A stretch of 64,000 nucleotides of DNA from Eledone cirrhosa (taxonomy: Eukaryota). Location of the stretch: NCBI GenBank assembly GCA_964016885.1, contig OZ024743.1, positions 133,920,001 to 133,984,000 on the forward strand, written 5' to 3'. Shown here one piece after another: positions 21,601 through 34,100 of the stretch. The translations under genes and the position numbers were made by a program. The notes below the pieces were generated by a model. It saw only the letters and a list, made by a program, of their open reading frames with translations. It was not told the origin of the DNA and did no database searches. The number at the start of each line of letters is the position of its first letter. Position 1 is the stretch's first letter.

Positions 21601-23399
21601 GGTCTTTGGTGCTTGGTGTTTGGTGTTTGGTGCTTGGTGCTTTGTGTTTGGTGCTTGGTGATTAGTGTTTGGTGCTTGGTACTTGGTGTTTGGTGCTTGG
21701 TGTTTGGTGTTTGCTGTTTGGTGTTTGGTGTTTGGTGTTTGCTGTTTGGTGTCTGCTTTTTGGTGTTTGGTGTTTGCTGTATGGTGTTTGCTGTTTCGTA
21801 TTTGGTGTTTGCTGTTTGGTGTTTGGTGTTTGCTGTTTGGTGTTTGGTCTTTGGTGCTTGGTGTTTGGTGCTTGGTGCTTGGTGTTTGGTGTTTGGTGCT
21901 TGGTGCTTGGTGCTTGGTGTTTGGTGCTTGGTGTCTGGTGCTTGGTGTCTGGTGCTTGGTGTTTGGTGTTTGGTGTTTGGTGCTTGCTGTTTGGTGTTTG
22001 GTGTTTGGTGTTTGGTGCTTGTTGCTTGGTGCTTGGTGCTTGGTGTTTGGTGCTTGGTGCTTGGTGTTTGGTGCTGGGTGCTTGGTGTTTGGTGCTTGGT
22101 GCTTGGTGCTTGGTGTTTGGTGTTTGGTGCTTGGTGCTTGGTGTTTGGTGTTTGGTGTTATATGCTTGGTGTTTGTACTTGGTGCTTGGTGCTTGGTTCT
22201 TGGTGTTTGGTGCTTGGTGCTTGGTGCTTGGTGCTTGGTGTTTGGTGCTTGGGGTTTGGTGCTTGGTGTTCGGTGCTTGCTGCCTGGTGCTTGGTGCTTG
22301 GTGCTTGGTGTTTGGTGCTTGGTGTTTGGTGCTTGGTATTAGGTGTTTGGTGCTTGGTGCTTGGTGTTTGGTGTTTGGTGCTTGGTGCTTGGTGATTGGT
22401 GCTTGGTGTTTGGTGCTTGGTGTTTGGTGTTTGGTACTAGGTGCTTGGTGCTTGGTGTTTGGTGCTTGGTGCTTGGTGTTTGGTGTTTGGTGCTTGGTGC
22501 TTGGTGTTTGGTGCTTGGTGCTGGGTTCTGGGTGGTTGGTGTTTGGTGCTTGGTGTATGGTGCTGGGTGCTTGGTGTTTGGTGCTTGGTGCTTGGTCTTT
22601 GGTGTTTGGTGTTTGGTGTTTGGGGCTTGGTGCTTGGTGCTTGGTGCTTAGTGTTTGGTGCTAGGTGCTTGGGGTTTGGTGTTTGGTGCTTGGTGCTTGG
22701 TGTTTGGTGCTTGGTGCTTGGTGTTTGGTGTTTGGTGCTTGGTGCTTGGTGTTTGGTGTTTCCTGTTTGCTATTTGGTGTTTGGTGTTTGGTGTTTGCTG
22801 TTTGGTGTCTGCTTTTTGGTGTTTGGTGTTTGCTGTATGTTATTTGCTGTTTGGTGTTTGGTGTTTGGTGTTTGGTGCTTGGTGCTTGGTGTTTGGTGCT
22901 TGGTGCTTGGTGTTTGGTGCCTGGTGCTTGGAGCTTGGTGTTTGGTGTTTGGTGCTTGGTGCTTGGAGTTTGGTGTTTGGTGCTTGGTGCTTGGTGTTTT
23001 GTGTTTGGTGTTTGGTTTTTGGTGCTTGGTGCTTGGTGCTTGGTGCTTGGTCCTTGGTGTTTGGTGCTTGGTGCTTGGTGTTTGTACTTGGTGCTTGGTA
23101 CTTGGTATTTGGTTCTTGGTTCTTGGTGTTTGGTACTTGGTGCTTGGTGCTTGGTGCTTGGTGTTTGGTGTTTGGTGCTTGGTGTTTGGTGCTTGGTGAT
23201 TGGTGCTTGGTGTTAGGTGTTTGGTGCTTGGTGCTTGGTGATTGGTGCTTGGTGATTGATGCTTGGTGTTTGGTACTTGGTGCTTGATGTTTGGTTTTTG
23301 GTGCTAGGTGCTTGGTGCTTGGTGTTTGGTGCTTGGTGTTTGGTGTTTGGTGCTTGGTGCTTGGTGTTTGGTACTTGGTGCTTGGTGCTTGGTGTTTGG

Positions 23400-26300
23400 T
23401 GCTTGGTGCTTGGTGTTTGGTGTTTGGTGTTTGGTGCTTGGTGCTTGGTGTTTGGTGCTTGGTGCTGGGTGGTTGGTGTTTCGTGCTTGGTGCTTGGTGT
23501 TTTGTGCTAGGTGCATGGTGCCTGGTGTTTGGTGCTTGGTGCTTGGTGCTTGGTCTTTGGTGTTTGGTGTTTAGTGCTTGGTGCTTGGTGCTTGGTGCTT
23601 GGTGCTTGGTGCTTGGTCCTTGGTGTTTGGTGCTTGGTGCTTGGTGTTTGGTGTTTGGTGCTTGGTGCTTGGTGCTTCGTGTTTGGTGTTTGGTGCTTGG
23701 TGTCTGGAGCTTGGTGTTTGGTGTTTGGTGCTTGGTGTTTGGGGTTTGGTGCTTGGTGCTCGGTGTTTGGTGCTTGGTGCTTGGTGTTTGTACTTGATGC
23801 TTGGTGCTTGGTGTTTGGTGCTTGGTTCTTGGTGTTTGGTGCTTGGTGTTTGGAGCTTGGTGCTTGGTGTTTGGTGCTTAGTGCTTGGTGTTTGTACTTG
23901 GTGCTTGGTGCTTGGTGTTTGGTGCTTGGTTCTTGGTGTTTGGTGCTTGGTGTTTGGAGCTTGGTGCTTGGTGTTTGGTGCTTGCTGCTTGGTGTTTGGT
24001 GTTTGGTGCTTGCTGCTTGGTGTTTGGTGTTTGGTGCTTGGTGTTTGGTGTTTGGTGCTTGGTGCTTGGTGTTTGTTGCTTGGTACTTGGTGCATGGTGT
24101 TTGGTGCTGGGTGCTTGGTGTTTTGTGCTTGGTTCTTGGTGTTTGGTGTTTGGTGCTTGGTACTTGGTGTCTGGAGCTTGGTGTTTGGTGTTTGGTGCTT
24201 GGTGTTTGGTGCTTGGTGCTTGGTGTTTGGTGTTTGGTGTTTGATGCTTGGTGTTTTATGCTTGGTGCTTGGTGTTTGGTGCTTGGTGTTTGTATTTGGT
24301 GCTTGGTGCTTGGTGTTTTGTGCTTGGTTCTTGGTGTTTGGTGTTTGGTGCTTGGTACTTGGTGCTTGGTGTTAGGTGTTTGGTGCCTGGTGCTTGGTGT
24401 TTGGTGTTTGGTCCTTGGTGCTTGGTGCTTGGTGTTTAGTGCTTGGTGCTTGGTGTTTGTTGTTTGGTGCTTTCTGTTTGCTGCTTGGTGTTTGCTGCTT
24501 GGTGCTTGGTGCTTGGTGTTTGGTGTTTGGTGCTAGGTGCTTGGTGTTTGGTGTTTGGTGTTTGATGCTTGGTGTTTGGTGCTTGGTGTTTGGTGCTTGG
24601 TGCTTGGGGCTTGGTGTTTGGTGCTTGGTGCTTGGTGCTTGGTGTTTGGTGCTTGGTGCTTGGTGTTTGGTGTTTGGTGTTTGGTGCTTGGTGCTTGGTG
24701 TTTGGTGCTTGGTGCTTGGTGCTGGGTGGTTGGTATTTGGTGCTTGGTGCTTGGTGTTTGGTGCTTGGGGCTTGGTGCTTGGTGTTTGGTGCTTGGTGCT
24801 TGGTGCTTGTCTTTGGTGCTTGGTGTTTGGTGTTTGGTGCTTGGTGCTTTGTGTTTGGTGCTTGGTGATTAGTGTTTGGTGCTTGGTACTTGGTGTTTGG
24901 TGCTTGGTGTTTGGTGTTTGCTGTTTGGTGTTTGCTGTTTGCTGTTTGCTGTTTGGTGTCTGCTTTTTGGTGTTTGGTGTTTGCTGTATGGTGTTTGCTG
25001 TTTCGTGTTTGGTGTTTGCTGTTTGGTGTTTGGTGTTTGCTGTATGGTGTTTGGTCTTTGGTGCTTGGTGTTTGGTGCTTGGTGCTTGGTGTTTGGTGTT
25101 TGGTGCTTGGTGCTTGGTGCTTGGTGTTTGGTGCTTGGTGCTTGGTGTTTGGTGTTTGGTGTTTGGTGCTTGGTGCTTGGTGTTTGGTGCTTGGTGCTGG
25201 GTGGTTGGTGTTTGGTGCTTGGTGCTTGGTGTTTCGTGCTAGGTGCATGGTACTTGGTGTTTGGTGCTTGGTGCTTGGTGCTTGGTCTTTGGTGTTTGGT
25301 GTTTAGTGCTTGGTGCTTGGTGCTTGGTGCTTGGTGCTTGGTCCTTGGTGTTTGGTGCTTGGTGCTTGGTGTTTGGTGTTTGGTGTTTGGTGCTTGGTGC
25401 TTCGTGTTTGGTGTTTGGTGCTTGGTGTCTGGAGCTTGGTGTTTGGTGTTTGGTGCTTGGTGTTTGGTGTTTGGTGCTTGGTGCTTGGTGTTTGGTGCTT
25501 GGTGCTTGGTGTTTGTACTTGGTGCTTGGTGCTTGGTGTTTGGTGCTTGGTTCTTGGTGTTTGGTGCTTGGTGTTTGGAGCTTGGTGCTTGGTGTTTGGT
25601 GCTTGGTGCTTGGTGTTTGTACTTGGTGCTTGGTGCTTGGTGTTTGGTGCTTGGTTCTTGGTGTTTGGTGCTTGGTGTTTGGAGCTTGGTGCTTGGTGTT
25701 TGGTGCTTGGTGCTTGGTGTTTGGTGTTTGGTGCTTGGTGCTTGGTGTTTGGTGTTTGGTGCTTGGTGTTTGGTGTTTGGTGTTTGGTGCTTGGTGTTTG
25801 TTGCTTGGTACTTGGTGCATGGTGTTTGGTGCTGGGTGCTTGGTGTTTTGTGCTTGGTTCTTGGTGTTTGGTGTTTGGTGCTTGGTACTTGGTGTCTGGA
25901 GCTTGGTGTTTGGTGTTTGGTGCTTGGTGTTTGGTGCTTGGTGCTTGGTGTTTGGTGTTTGGTGTTTGATGCTTGGTGTTTTATGCTTGGTGCCTGGTGT
26001 TTGGTGCTTGGTGTTTGTATTTGGTGCTTGGTGCTTGGTGTTTTGTGCTTGGTTCTTGGTGTTTGGTGTTTGGTGCTTGGTACTTGGTGCTTGGTGTTAG
26101 GTGTTTGGTGCTTGGTGCTTGGTGTTTGGTGTTTGGTCCTTGGTGCTTGGTGCTTGGTGTTTAGTGCTTGGTGCTTGGTGTTTGTTGTTTGGTGCTTTCT
26201 GTTTGCTGCTTGGTGTTTTCTGCTTGGTGCTTGGTGCTTGGTGTTTGGTGTTTGGTGCTAGGTGCTTGGTGTTTGGTGTTTGGTGTTTGATGCTTGGTGT

Positions 26301-28100
26301 TTGGTGCTTGGTGTTTGGTGCTTGGTGCTTGGGGCTTGGTGTTTGGTGCTTGGTGCTTGGTGCTTGGTTTTTGGTGCTTGGTGCTTGGTGTTTGGTGTTT
26401 GGTGTTTGGTGCTTGGTGCTTGGTGTTTGGTGCTTGGTGCTTGGTGCTGGGTGGTTGGTATTTGGTGCTTGGTGCTTGGTGTTTGGTGCTTGGGGCTTGG
26501 TGCTTGGTGTTTGGTGCTTGGTGCTTGGTGCTTGTCTTTGGTGCTTGGTGTTTGGTGTTTGGTGCTTGGTGCTTTGTGTTTGGTGCTTGGTGATTAGTGT
26601 TTGGTGCTTGGTACTTGGTGTTTGGTGCTTGGTGTTTGGTGTTTGCTGTTTGGTGTTTGCTGTTTGCTGTTTGCTGTTTGGTGTCTGCTTTTTGGTGTTT
26701 GGTGTTTGATGTATGGTGTTTGCTGTTTCGTGTTTGGTGTTTGCTGTTTGGTGTTTGGTGTTTGCTGTTTGGTGTTTGGTCTTTGGTGCTTCGTGTTTGG
26801 TGCTTGGTGCTTGGTGTTTGGTGTTTGGTGCTTGGTGCTTGGTGCTTGGTGTTTGGTGCTTGGTGCTTGGTGTTTGGTGTTTGGTGTTTGGTGCTTGGTG
26901 CTTGGTGTTTGGTGCTTGGTGCTGGGTGGTTGGTGTTTGGTGCTTGGTGCTTGGTGTTTCGTGCTAGGTGCATGGTGCTTGGTGTTTGGTGCTTGGTGCT
27001 TGGTGCTTGGTCTTTGGTGTTTGGTGTTTAGTGCTTGGTGCTTGGTGCTTGGTGCTTGGTGCTTGGTCCTTGGTGTTTGGTGCTTGGTGCTTGGTGTTTG
27101 GTGTTTGGTGCTTGGTGCTTGGTGCTTCGTGTTTGGTGTTTGGTGCTTGGTGTCTGGAGCTTGGTGTTTGGTGTTTGGTGCTTGGTGTTTGGTGTTTGGT
27201 GCTTGGTGCTTGGTGTTTGGTGCTTGGTGCTTGGTGTTTGTACTTGGTGCTTGGTGCTTGGTGTTTGGTGCTTGGTTCTTGGTGTTTGGTGCTTGGTGTT
27301 TGGAGCTTGGTGCTTGGTGTTTGGTGCTTGGTGCTTGGTGTTTGTACTTGGTGCTTGGTGCTTGGTGTTTGGTGCTTGGTTCTTGGTGTTTGGTGCTTGG
27401 TGTTTGGAGCTTGGTGCTTGGTGTTTGGTGCTTGGTGCTTGGTGTTTGGTGTTTGGTGCTTGGTGCTTGGTGTTTGGTGTTTGGTGCTTGGTGTTTGGTG
27501 TTTGGTGCTTGGTGCTTGGTGTTTGTTGCTTGGTACTTGGTGCATGGTGTTTGGTGCTGGGTGCTTGGTGTTTTGTGCTTGGTTCTTGGTGTTTGGTGTT
27601 TGGTGCTTGGTACTTGGTGTCTGGAGCTTGGTGTTTGGTGTTTGGTGCTTGGTGTTTGGTGCTTGGTGCTTGGTGTTTGGTGTTTGGTGTTTGATGCTTG
27701 GTATTTTATGCTTGGTACTTGGTGTTTGGTGCTTGGTGTTTGTATTTGGTGCTTGGTGCTTGGTGTTTTGTGCTTGGTTCTTGGTGTTTGGTGTTTGGTG
27801 CTTGGTACTTGGTGCTTGGTGTTAGGTGTTTGGTGCTTGGTGCTTGGTGTTTGGTGTTTGGTCCTTGGTGCTTGGTCCTTGGTGTTTAGTGCTTGGTGCT
27901 TGGTGTTTGTTGTTTGGTGCTTTCTGTTTGCTGCTTGGTGTTTGCTGCTTGGTGCTTGGTGCTTGGTGTTTGGTGTTTGGTGCTAGGTGCTTGGTTTTTG
28001 GTGTTTGGTGTTTGATGCTTGGTGTTTGGTGCTTGGTGTTTGGTGCTTGGTGCCTGGGGCTTGGTGTTTGGTGCTTGGTGCTTGGTGCTTGGTGTTTGGT
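23400..28100 (+). repeat. Tandem 1,725-bp higher-order repeat, about 2.7 copies (again at ~38.4-40.4 kb)
   Basis: Exact 1725 offsets: 24248/25973/27698, 24376/26101/27826, 24872/26597, 25243/26968; also 38507/40232. 1725 = 247x7-4, matching four 6-bp units per copy (2x TTGTAC, TTGTAT, TTGTCT). Confidence 0.92.
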
Positions 28101-31100
28101 GCTTGGTGCTTGGTGTTTGGTGCTTGGTGCTTGGTGCTGGGTGGTTGGTATTTGGTGCTTGGTGCTTGGTGTTTGGTGCTTGGTGCTTGGTGCTTGGTGT
28201 TTGGTGCTTGGTGCTTGGTGCTTGGTCTTTGGTGCTTGGTGTTTGGTGTTTGGTGCTTGGTGCTTTGTGTTTGGTGCTTGGTGATTAGTGTTTGGTGCTT
28301 GGTACTTGGTGTTTGGTGCTTGGTGTTTGGTGTTTGCTGTTTGGTGTTTGGTGTTTGGTGTTTGCTGTTTGGTGTCTGCTTTTTGGTGTTTGGTGTTTGC
28401 TGTATGGTGTTTGCTGTTTCGTGTTTGGTGTTTGCTGTTTGGTGTTTGGTGTTTGCTGTTTGGTGTTTGGTCTTTGGTGCTTGGTGTTTGGTGCTTGGTG
28501 CTTGGTGTTTGGTGTTTGGTGCTTGGTGCTTGGTGCTTGGTGTTTGGTGTTTGGTGTCTGGTGCTTGGTGTCTGGTGCTTGGTGTTTGGTGTTTGGTGTT
28601 TGGTGCTTGGTGTTTGGTGTTTGGTGTTTGGTGTTTGGTGCTTGTTGCTTGGTGCTTGGTGCTTGGTGTTTGGTGCTTGGTGCTTGGTGTTTGGTGCTGG
28701 GTGCTTGGTGTTTGGTGCTTGGTGCTTGGTGCTTGGTGTTTGGTGTTTGGTACTTGGTGCTTGGTGTTTGGTGTTTGGTGTTATATGCTTGGTGTTTGAT
28801 GCTTGGTGCTTGGTGCTTGGTGTTTGGTGTTTGGTGATTGGTGTTTTATGCTTGGTGTTTGATGTTTGGTGCTTGGTGCTTGGTGTTTGGTGCTTGGTAC
28901 TTGGTGTTTGTACTTGGTGCTTGGTGCTTGGTTCTTGGTGTTTGGTGCTTGGTGCTTGGTGCTTGGTGCTTGGTGTTTGGTGCTTGGGGTTTGGTGCTTG
29001 GTGTTCGGTGCTTGCTGCCTGGTGCTTGGTGCTTGGTGCTTGGTGTTTGGTGCTTGGTGTTTGGTGCTTGGTATTAGGTGTTTGGTGCTTGGTGCTTGGT
29101 GCTTGGTGTTTGGTGCTTGGTGTTTGGTGCTTGGTGTTTGGTGTTTGGTGCTTGGTGTTTGGTGCTTGGTACTTGGTGCTTGGTGCTTGGTGTTAGGTGT
29201 TTGGTGCTTGGTGCTTGGTGTTTGGTTTTTGGTGCTTGGTGCTTGGTGTTTGGTGTTTGGTGCTTGCTGCTGGCTGCTTGGTGTTTGGTGCTTGGTGATT
29301 GGTGCTTGGTGTTTGGTGCTTGGTGTTTGGTGTTTGGTACTAGGTGCTTGGTGCTTGGTGTTTGGTGCTTGGTGCTTGGTGTTTCGTGTTTGGTGCTTGG
29401 TGCTTGGTGTTTGGTGCTTGGTGCTGGGTTCTGGGTGGTTGGTGTTTGGTGCTTGGTGTTTGGTGCTGCGTGCTTGGTGTTTGGTGCTTGGTGCTTGGTC
29501 TTTGGTGTTTGGTGTTTGGTGTTTGGGGCTTGGTGCTTGGTGCTTAGTGTTTGGTGCTAGGTGCTTGGGGTTTGGTGTTTGGTGCTTGGTGCTTGGTGTT
29601 TGGTGCTTGGTGCTTGGTGTTTGATGTTTGGTGCTTGGTGCTTGGTGTTTGGTGTTTGGTGTTTGGTGCTTGGTGCTTGGTGTTTGGTGCTTGATGCTTG
29701 GTGTTTGGTGTTTGGTGCTTGGTGCTTGGTGCTTGGTGTTTGGTGTTTGGTGCTTGGTGCTTGGTGTTTGGTGCTTGGTGCTGGGTGGTTGGTGTTTGGT
29801 GCTTGGTGCTTGGTGTTTCGTGCTAGGTGCATGGTGCTTGGTGTTTGGTGCTTGGTGCTTGGTGCTTCGTGTTTGGTGTTTGGTGCTTGGTGTTTGGTGT
29901 TTGGTGCTTGGTGCTTGGTGTTTGGTGCTTGGTGCTTGGTGTTTGTACTTGGTGCTTGGTGCTTGGTGTTTGGTGCTTGGTTCTTGGTGTTTGGTGCTTG
30001 GTGTTTGGAGCTTGGTGCTTGGTGTTTGGTGCTTGGTGCTTGGTGTTTGTACTTGGTGCTTGGTGCTTGGTGTTTGGTGCTTGGTTCTTGGTGTTTGGTG
30101 CTTGGTGTTTGGTGCTTGGTGCTTGGTGTTTGGTGCTTGGTGCTTGGTGTTTGGTGTTTGGTGTTTGGTGCTTGGTGTTTGGTGTTTGGTGCTTGGTGTT
30201 TGGTGTTTGGTGCTTGGTGCTTGGTGTTTGTTGCTTGGTACTTGGTGCATGGTGTTTGGTGCTGGGTGCTTGGTGTTTTGTGCTTGGTTCTTGGTGTTTG
30301 GTGTTTGGTGCTTGGTACTTGGTGTCTGGAGCTTGGTGTTTGGTGTTTGGTGCTTGGTGTTTGGTGCTTGGTGCTTTGTGTTTGGTGTTTGGTGTTTGAT
30401 GCTTGGTGTTTTATGCTTGGTGCTTGGTGTTTGGTGCTTGGTGTTTGTATTTGGTGCTTGGTGCTTGGTGTTTTGTGCTTGGTTCTTGGTGTTTGGTGTT
30501 TGGTGCTTGGTACTTGGTGCTTGGTGTTAGGTGTTTGGTGCTTGGTGCTTGGTGTTTGGTGTTTGGTCCTTGGTGCTTGGTCCTTGGTGTTTAGTGCTTG
30601 GTGCTTGGTGTTTGTTGTTTGGTGCTTTCTGTTTGCTGCTTGGTGTTTGCTGCTTGGTGCTTGGTGCTTGGTGTTTGGTGTTTGGTGCTAGGTGCTTGGT
30701 GTTTGGTGTTTGGTGTTTGATGCTTGGTGTTTGGTGCTTGGTGTTTGGTGCTTGGTGCCTGGGGCTTGGTGTTTGGTGCTTGGTGCTTGGTGCTTGGTGT
30801 TTGGTGCTTGGTGCTTGGTGTTTGGTGTTTGGTGTTTGGTGCTTGGTGCTTGGTGTTTGGTGCTTGGTGCTTGGTGCTGGGTGGTTGGTATTTGGTGCTT
30901 GGTGCTTGGTGTTTGGTGCTTGGTGCTTGGTGTTTGGTGTTTGGTGCTTGGTGCTTTGTGTTTGGTGCTTGGTGATTAGTGTTTGGTGCTTGGTACTTGG
31001 TGTTTGGTGCTAGGTGTTTGGTGTTTGCTGTTTGGTGTTTGGTGTTTGGTGTTTGCTGTTTGTTGTCTGCTTTTTGGTGTTTGGTGTTTGCTGTATGGTG

Positions 31101-34100
31101 TTTGCTGTTTCGTGTTTGGTGTTTGCTGTTTGGTGTTTGGTGTTTGCTGTTTGGTGTTTGGTCTTTGGTGCTTGGTGTTTGGTGCTTGGTGCTTGGTGTT
31201 TGGTGTTTGGTGCTTGGTGCTTGGTGCTTGGTGTTTGGTGTTTGGTGCCTGGTGCTTGGTGTCTGGTGCTTGGTGTTTGGTGTTTGGTGTTTGGTGCTTG
31301 GTGTTTGGTGTTTGGTGTTTGGTGTTTGGTGCTTGTTGCTTGGTGCTTGGTGCTTGGTGTTTGGTGCTTGGTGCTTGGTGTTTGGTGCTTGGTGTTTGGT
31401 GTTTGGTGCTTGGTGTTTGGAGCTTGGTGCTTGGTGTTTGGTGCTTGGTGCTTGGTGTTTGGTGCTTGGTTCTTGGTGTTTGGTGCTTGGTGTTTGGAGC
31501 TTGGTGCTTGGTGTTTGGTGCTTGGTGCTTGGTGTTTGTACTTGGTGCTTGGTGCTTGGTGTTTGGTGCTTGGTTCTTGGTGTTTGGTGCTTGGTGTTTG
31601 GAGCTTGGTGCTTGGTGTTTGGTGCTTGGTGCTTGGTGTTTGGTGTTTGGTGCTTGGTGCTTGGTGTTTGGTGTTTGGTGCTTGGTGTTTGGTGTTTGGT
31701 GCTTGGTGCTTGGTGTTTGTTGCTTGGTACTTGGTGCATGGTGTTTGGTGCTGGGTGCTTGGTGTTTTGTGCTTGGTTCTTGGTGTTTGGTGTTTGGTGC
31801 TTGGTACTTGGTGTCTGGAGCTTGGTGTTTGGTGTTTGGTGCTTGGTGTTTGGTGCTTGGTGCTTGGTGTTTGGTGTTTGGTGTTTGATGCTTGGTGTTT
31901 TATGCTTGGTGCTTGGTGTTTGGTGCTTGGTGTTTGTATTTGGTGCTTGGTGCTTGGTGTTTTGTGCTTGGTTCTTGGTGTTTGGTGTTTGGTGCTTGGT
32001 ACTTGGTGCTTGGTGTTAGGTGTTTGGTGCTTGGTGCTTGGTGTTTGGTGTTTGGTCCTTGGTGCTTGGTCCTTGGTGTTTAGTGCTTGGTGCTTGGTGT
32101 TTGTTGTTTGGTGCTTTCTGTTTGCTGCTTGGTGTTTGCTGCTTGGTGCTTGGTGCTTGGTGTTTGGTGTTCGGTGCTAGGTGCTTGGTGTTTGGTGTTT
32201 GGTGTTTGATGCTTGGTGTTTGGTGCTTGGTGTTTGGTGCTTGGTGCTTGGGGCTTGGTGTTTGGTGCTTGGTGCTTAGTGCTTGGTTTTTGGTGCTTGG
32301 TGCTTGGTGTTTGGTGTTTGGTGTTTGGTGCTTGGTGCTTGGTGTTTGATGCTTGGTGCTTGGTGCTGGGTGGTTGGTATTTGGTGCTTGGTGCTTGGTG
32401 TTTGGTGCTTGGGGCTTGGTGCTTGGTGTTTGGTGCTTGGTGCTTGGTGCTTGTTTTTGGTGCTTGGTGTTTGGTGTTTGGTGCTTGGTGCTTTGTGTTT
32501 GGTGCTTGGTGATTAGTGTTTGGTGCTTGGTACTTGGTGTTTGGTGCTTGGTGTTTGGTGTTTGCTGTTTGGTGTTTGCTGTTTGCTGTTTGCTGTTTGG
32601 TGTCTGCTTTTTGGTGTTTGGTGTTTGCTGTATGGTGTTTGCTGTTTCGTGTTTGGTGTTTGCTGTTTGGTGTTTGGTGTTTGCTGTTTGGTGTTTGGTC
32701 TTTGGTGCTTCGTGTTTGGTGCTTGGTGCTTGGTGTTTGGTGTTTGGTGCTTGGTGCTTGGTGCTTGGTATTTGGTGCTTGGTGCTTGGTGTTTGGTGTT
32801 TGGTGTTTGGTGCTTGGTGCTTGGTGTTTGGTGCTTGGTGCTGGGTGGTTGGTGTTTGGTGCTTGGTGCTTGGTGTTTCGTGCTAGGTGCATGGTGCTTG
32901 GTGTTTGGTGCTTGGTGCTTGGTGCTTGGTCTTTGGTGTTTGGTGTTTAGTGCTTGGTGCTTGGTGCTTGGTGCTTGGTGCTTGGTCCTTGGTGTTTGGT
33001 GCTTGGTGTTTGGTGTTTGGTGCTTGGTGCTTGGTGCTTCGTGTTTGGTGTTTGGTGCTTGGTGTCTGGAGCTTGGTGTTTGGTGTTTGGTGCTTGGTGT
33101 TTGGTGTTTGGTGCTTGGTGCTTGGTGTTTGGTGCTTGGTGCTTGGTGTTTGTACTTGGTGCTTGGTGCTTGGTGTTTGGTGCTTGGTTCTTGGTGTTTG
33201 GTGCTTGGTGTTTGGAGCTTGGTGCTTGGTGTTTGGTGCTTGGTGCTTGGTGTTTGTACTTGGTGCTTGGTGCTTGGTGTTTGGTGCTTGGTTCTTGGTG
33301 TTTGGTGCTTGGTGTTTGGAGCTTGGTGCTTGGTGTTTGGTGCTTGGTGCTTGGTGTTTGGTGTTTGGTGCTTGGTGCTTGGTGTTTGGTGTTTGGTGCT
33401 TGGTGTTTGGTGTTTGGTGCTTGGTGCTTGGTGTTTGTTGCTTGGTACTTGGTGCATGGTGTTTGGTGCTGGGTGCTTGGTGTTTTGTGCTTGGTTCTTG
33501 GTGTTTGGTGTTTGGTGCTTGGTACTTGGTGTCTGGAGCTTGGTGTTTGGTGTTTGGTGCTTGGTGCTTGGTGTTTTGTGCTTGGTTCTTGGTGTTTGGT
33601 GTTTGGTGCTTGGTACTTGGTGCTTGGTGTTAGGTGTTTGGTGCTTGGTGCTTGGTGTTTGGTGTTTGGTCCTTGGTGCTTGGTCCTTGGTGTTTAGTGC
33701 TTGGTGCTTGGTGTTTGTTGTTTGGTGCTTTCTGTTTGCTGCTTGGTGTTTGCTGCTTGGTGCTTGGTGCTTGGTGTTTGGTGTTTGGTGCTAGGTGCTT
33801 GGTATTTGGTGTTTGGTGTTTGATGCTTGGTGTTTGGAGCTTGGTGTTTGGTGCTTGGTGCCTGGGGCTTGGTGTTTGGTGCTTGGTGCTTGGTGCTTGG
33901 TGTTTGGTGCTTGGTGCTTGGTGTTTGGTGTTTGGTGTTTGGTGCTTGGTGCTTGGTGTTTGGTGCTTGGTGCTTGGTGCTGGGTGGTTGGTATTTGGTG
34001 CTCGGTGCTTGGTGTTTGGTGCTTGGTGCTTGGTGCTTGGTGTTTGGTGCTTGGTGCTTGGTGCTTGGTCTTTGGTGCTTGGTGTTTGGTGTTTGGTGCT

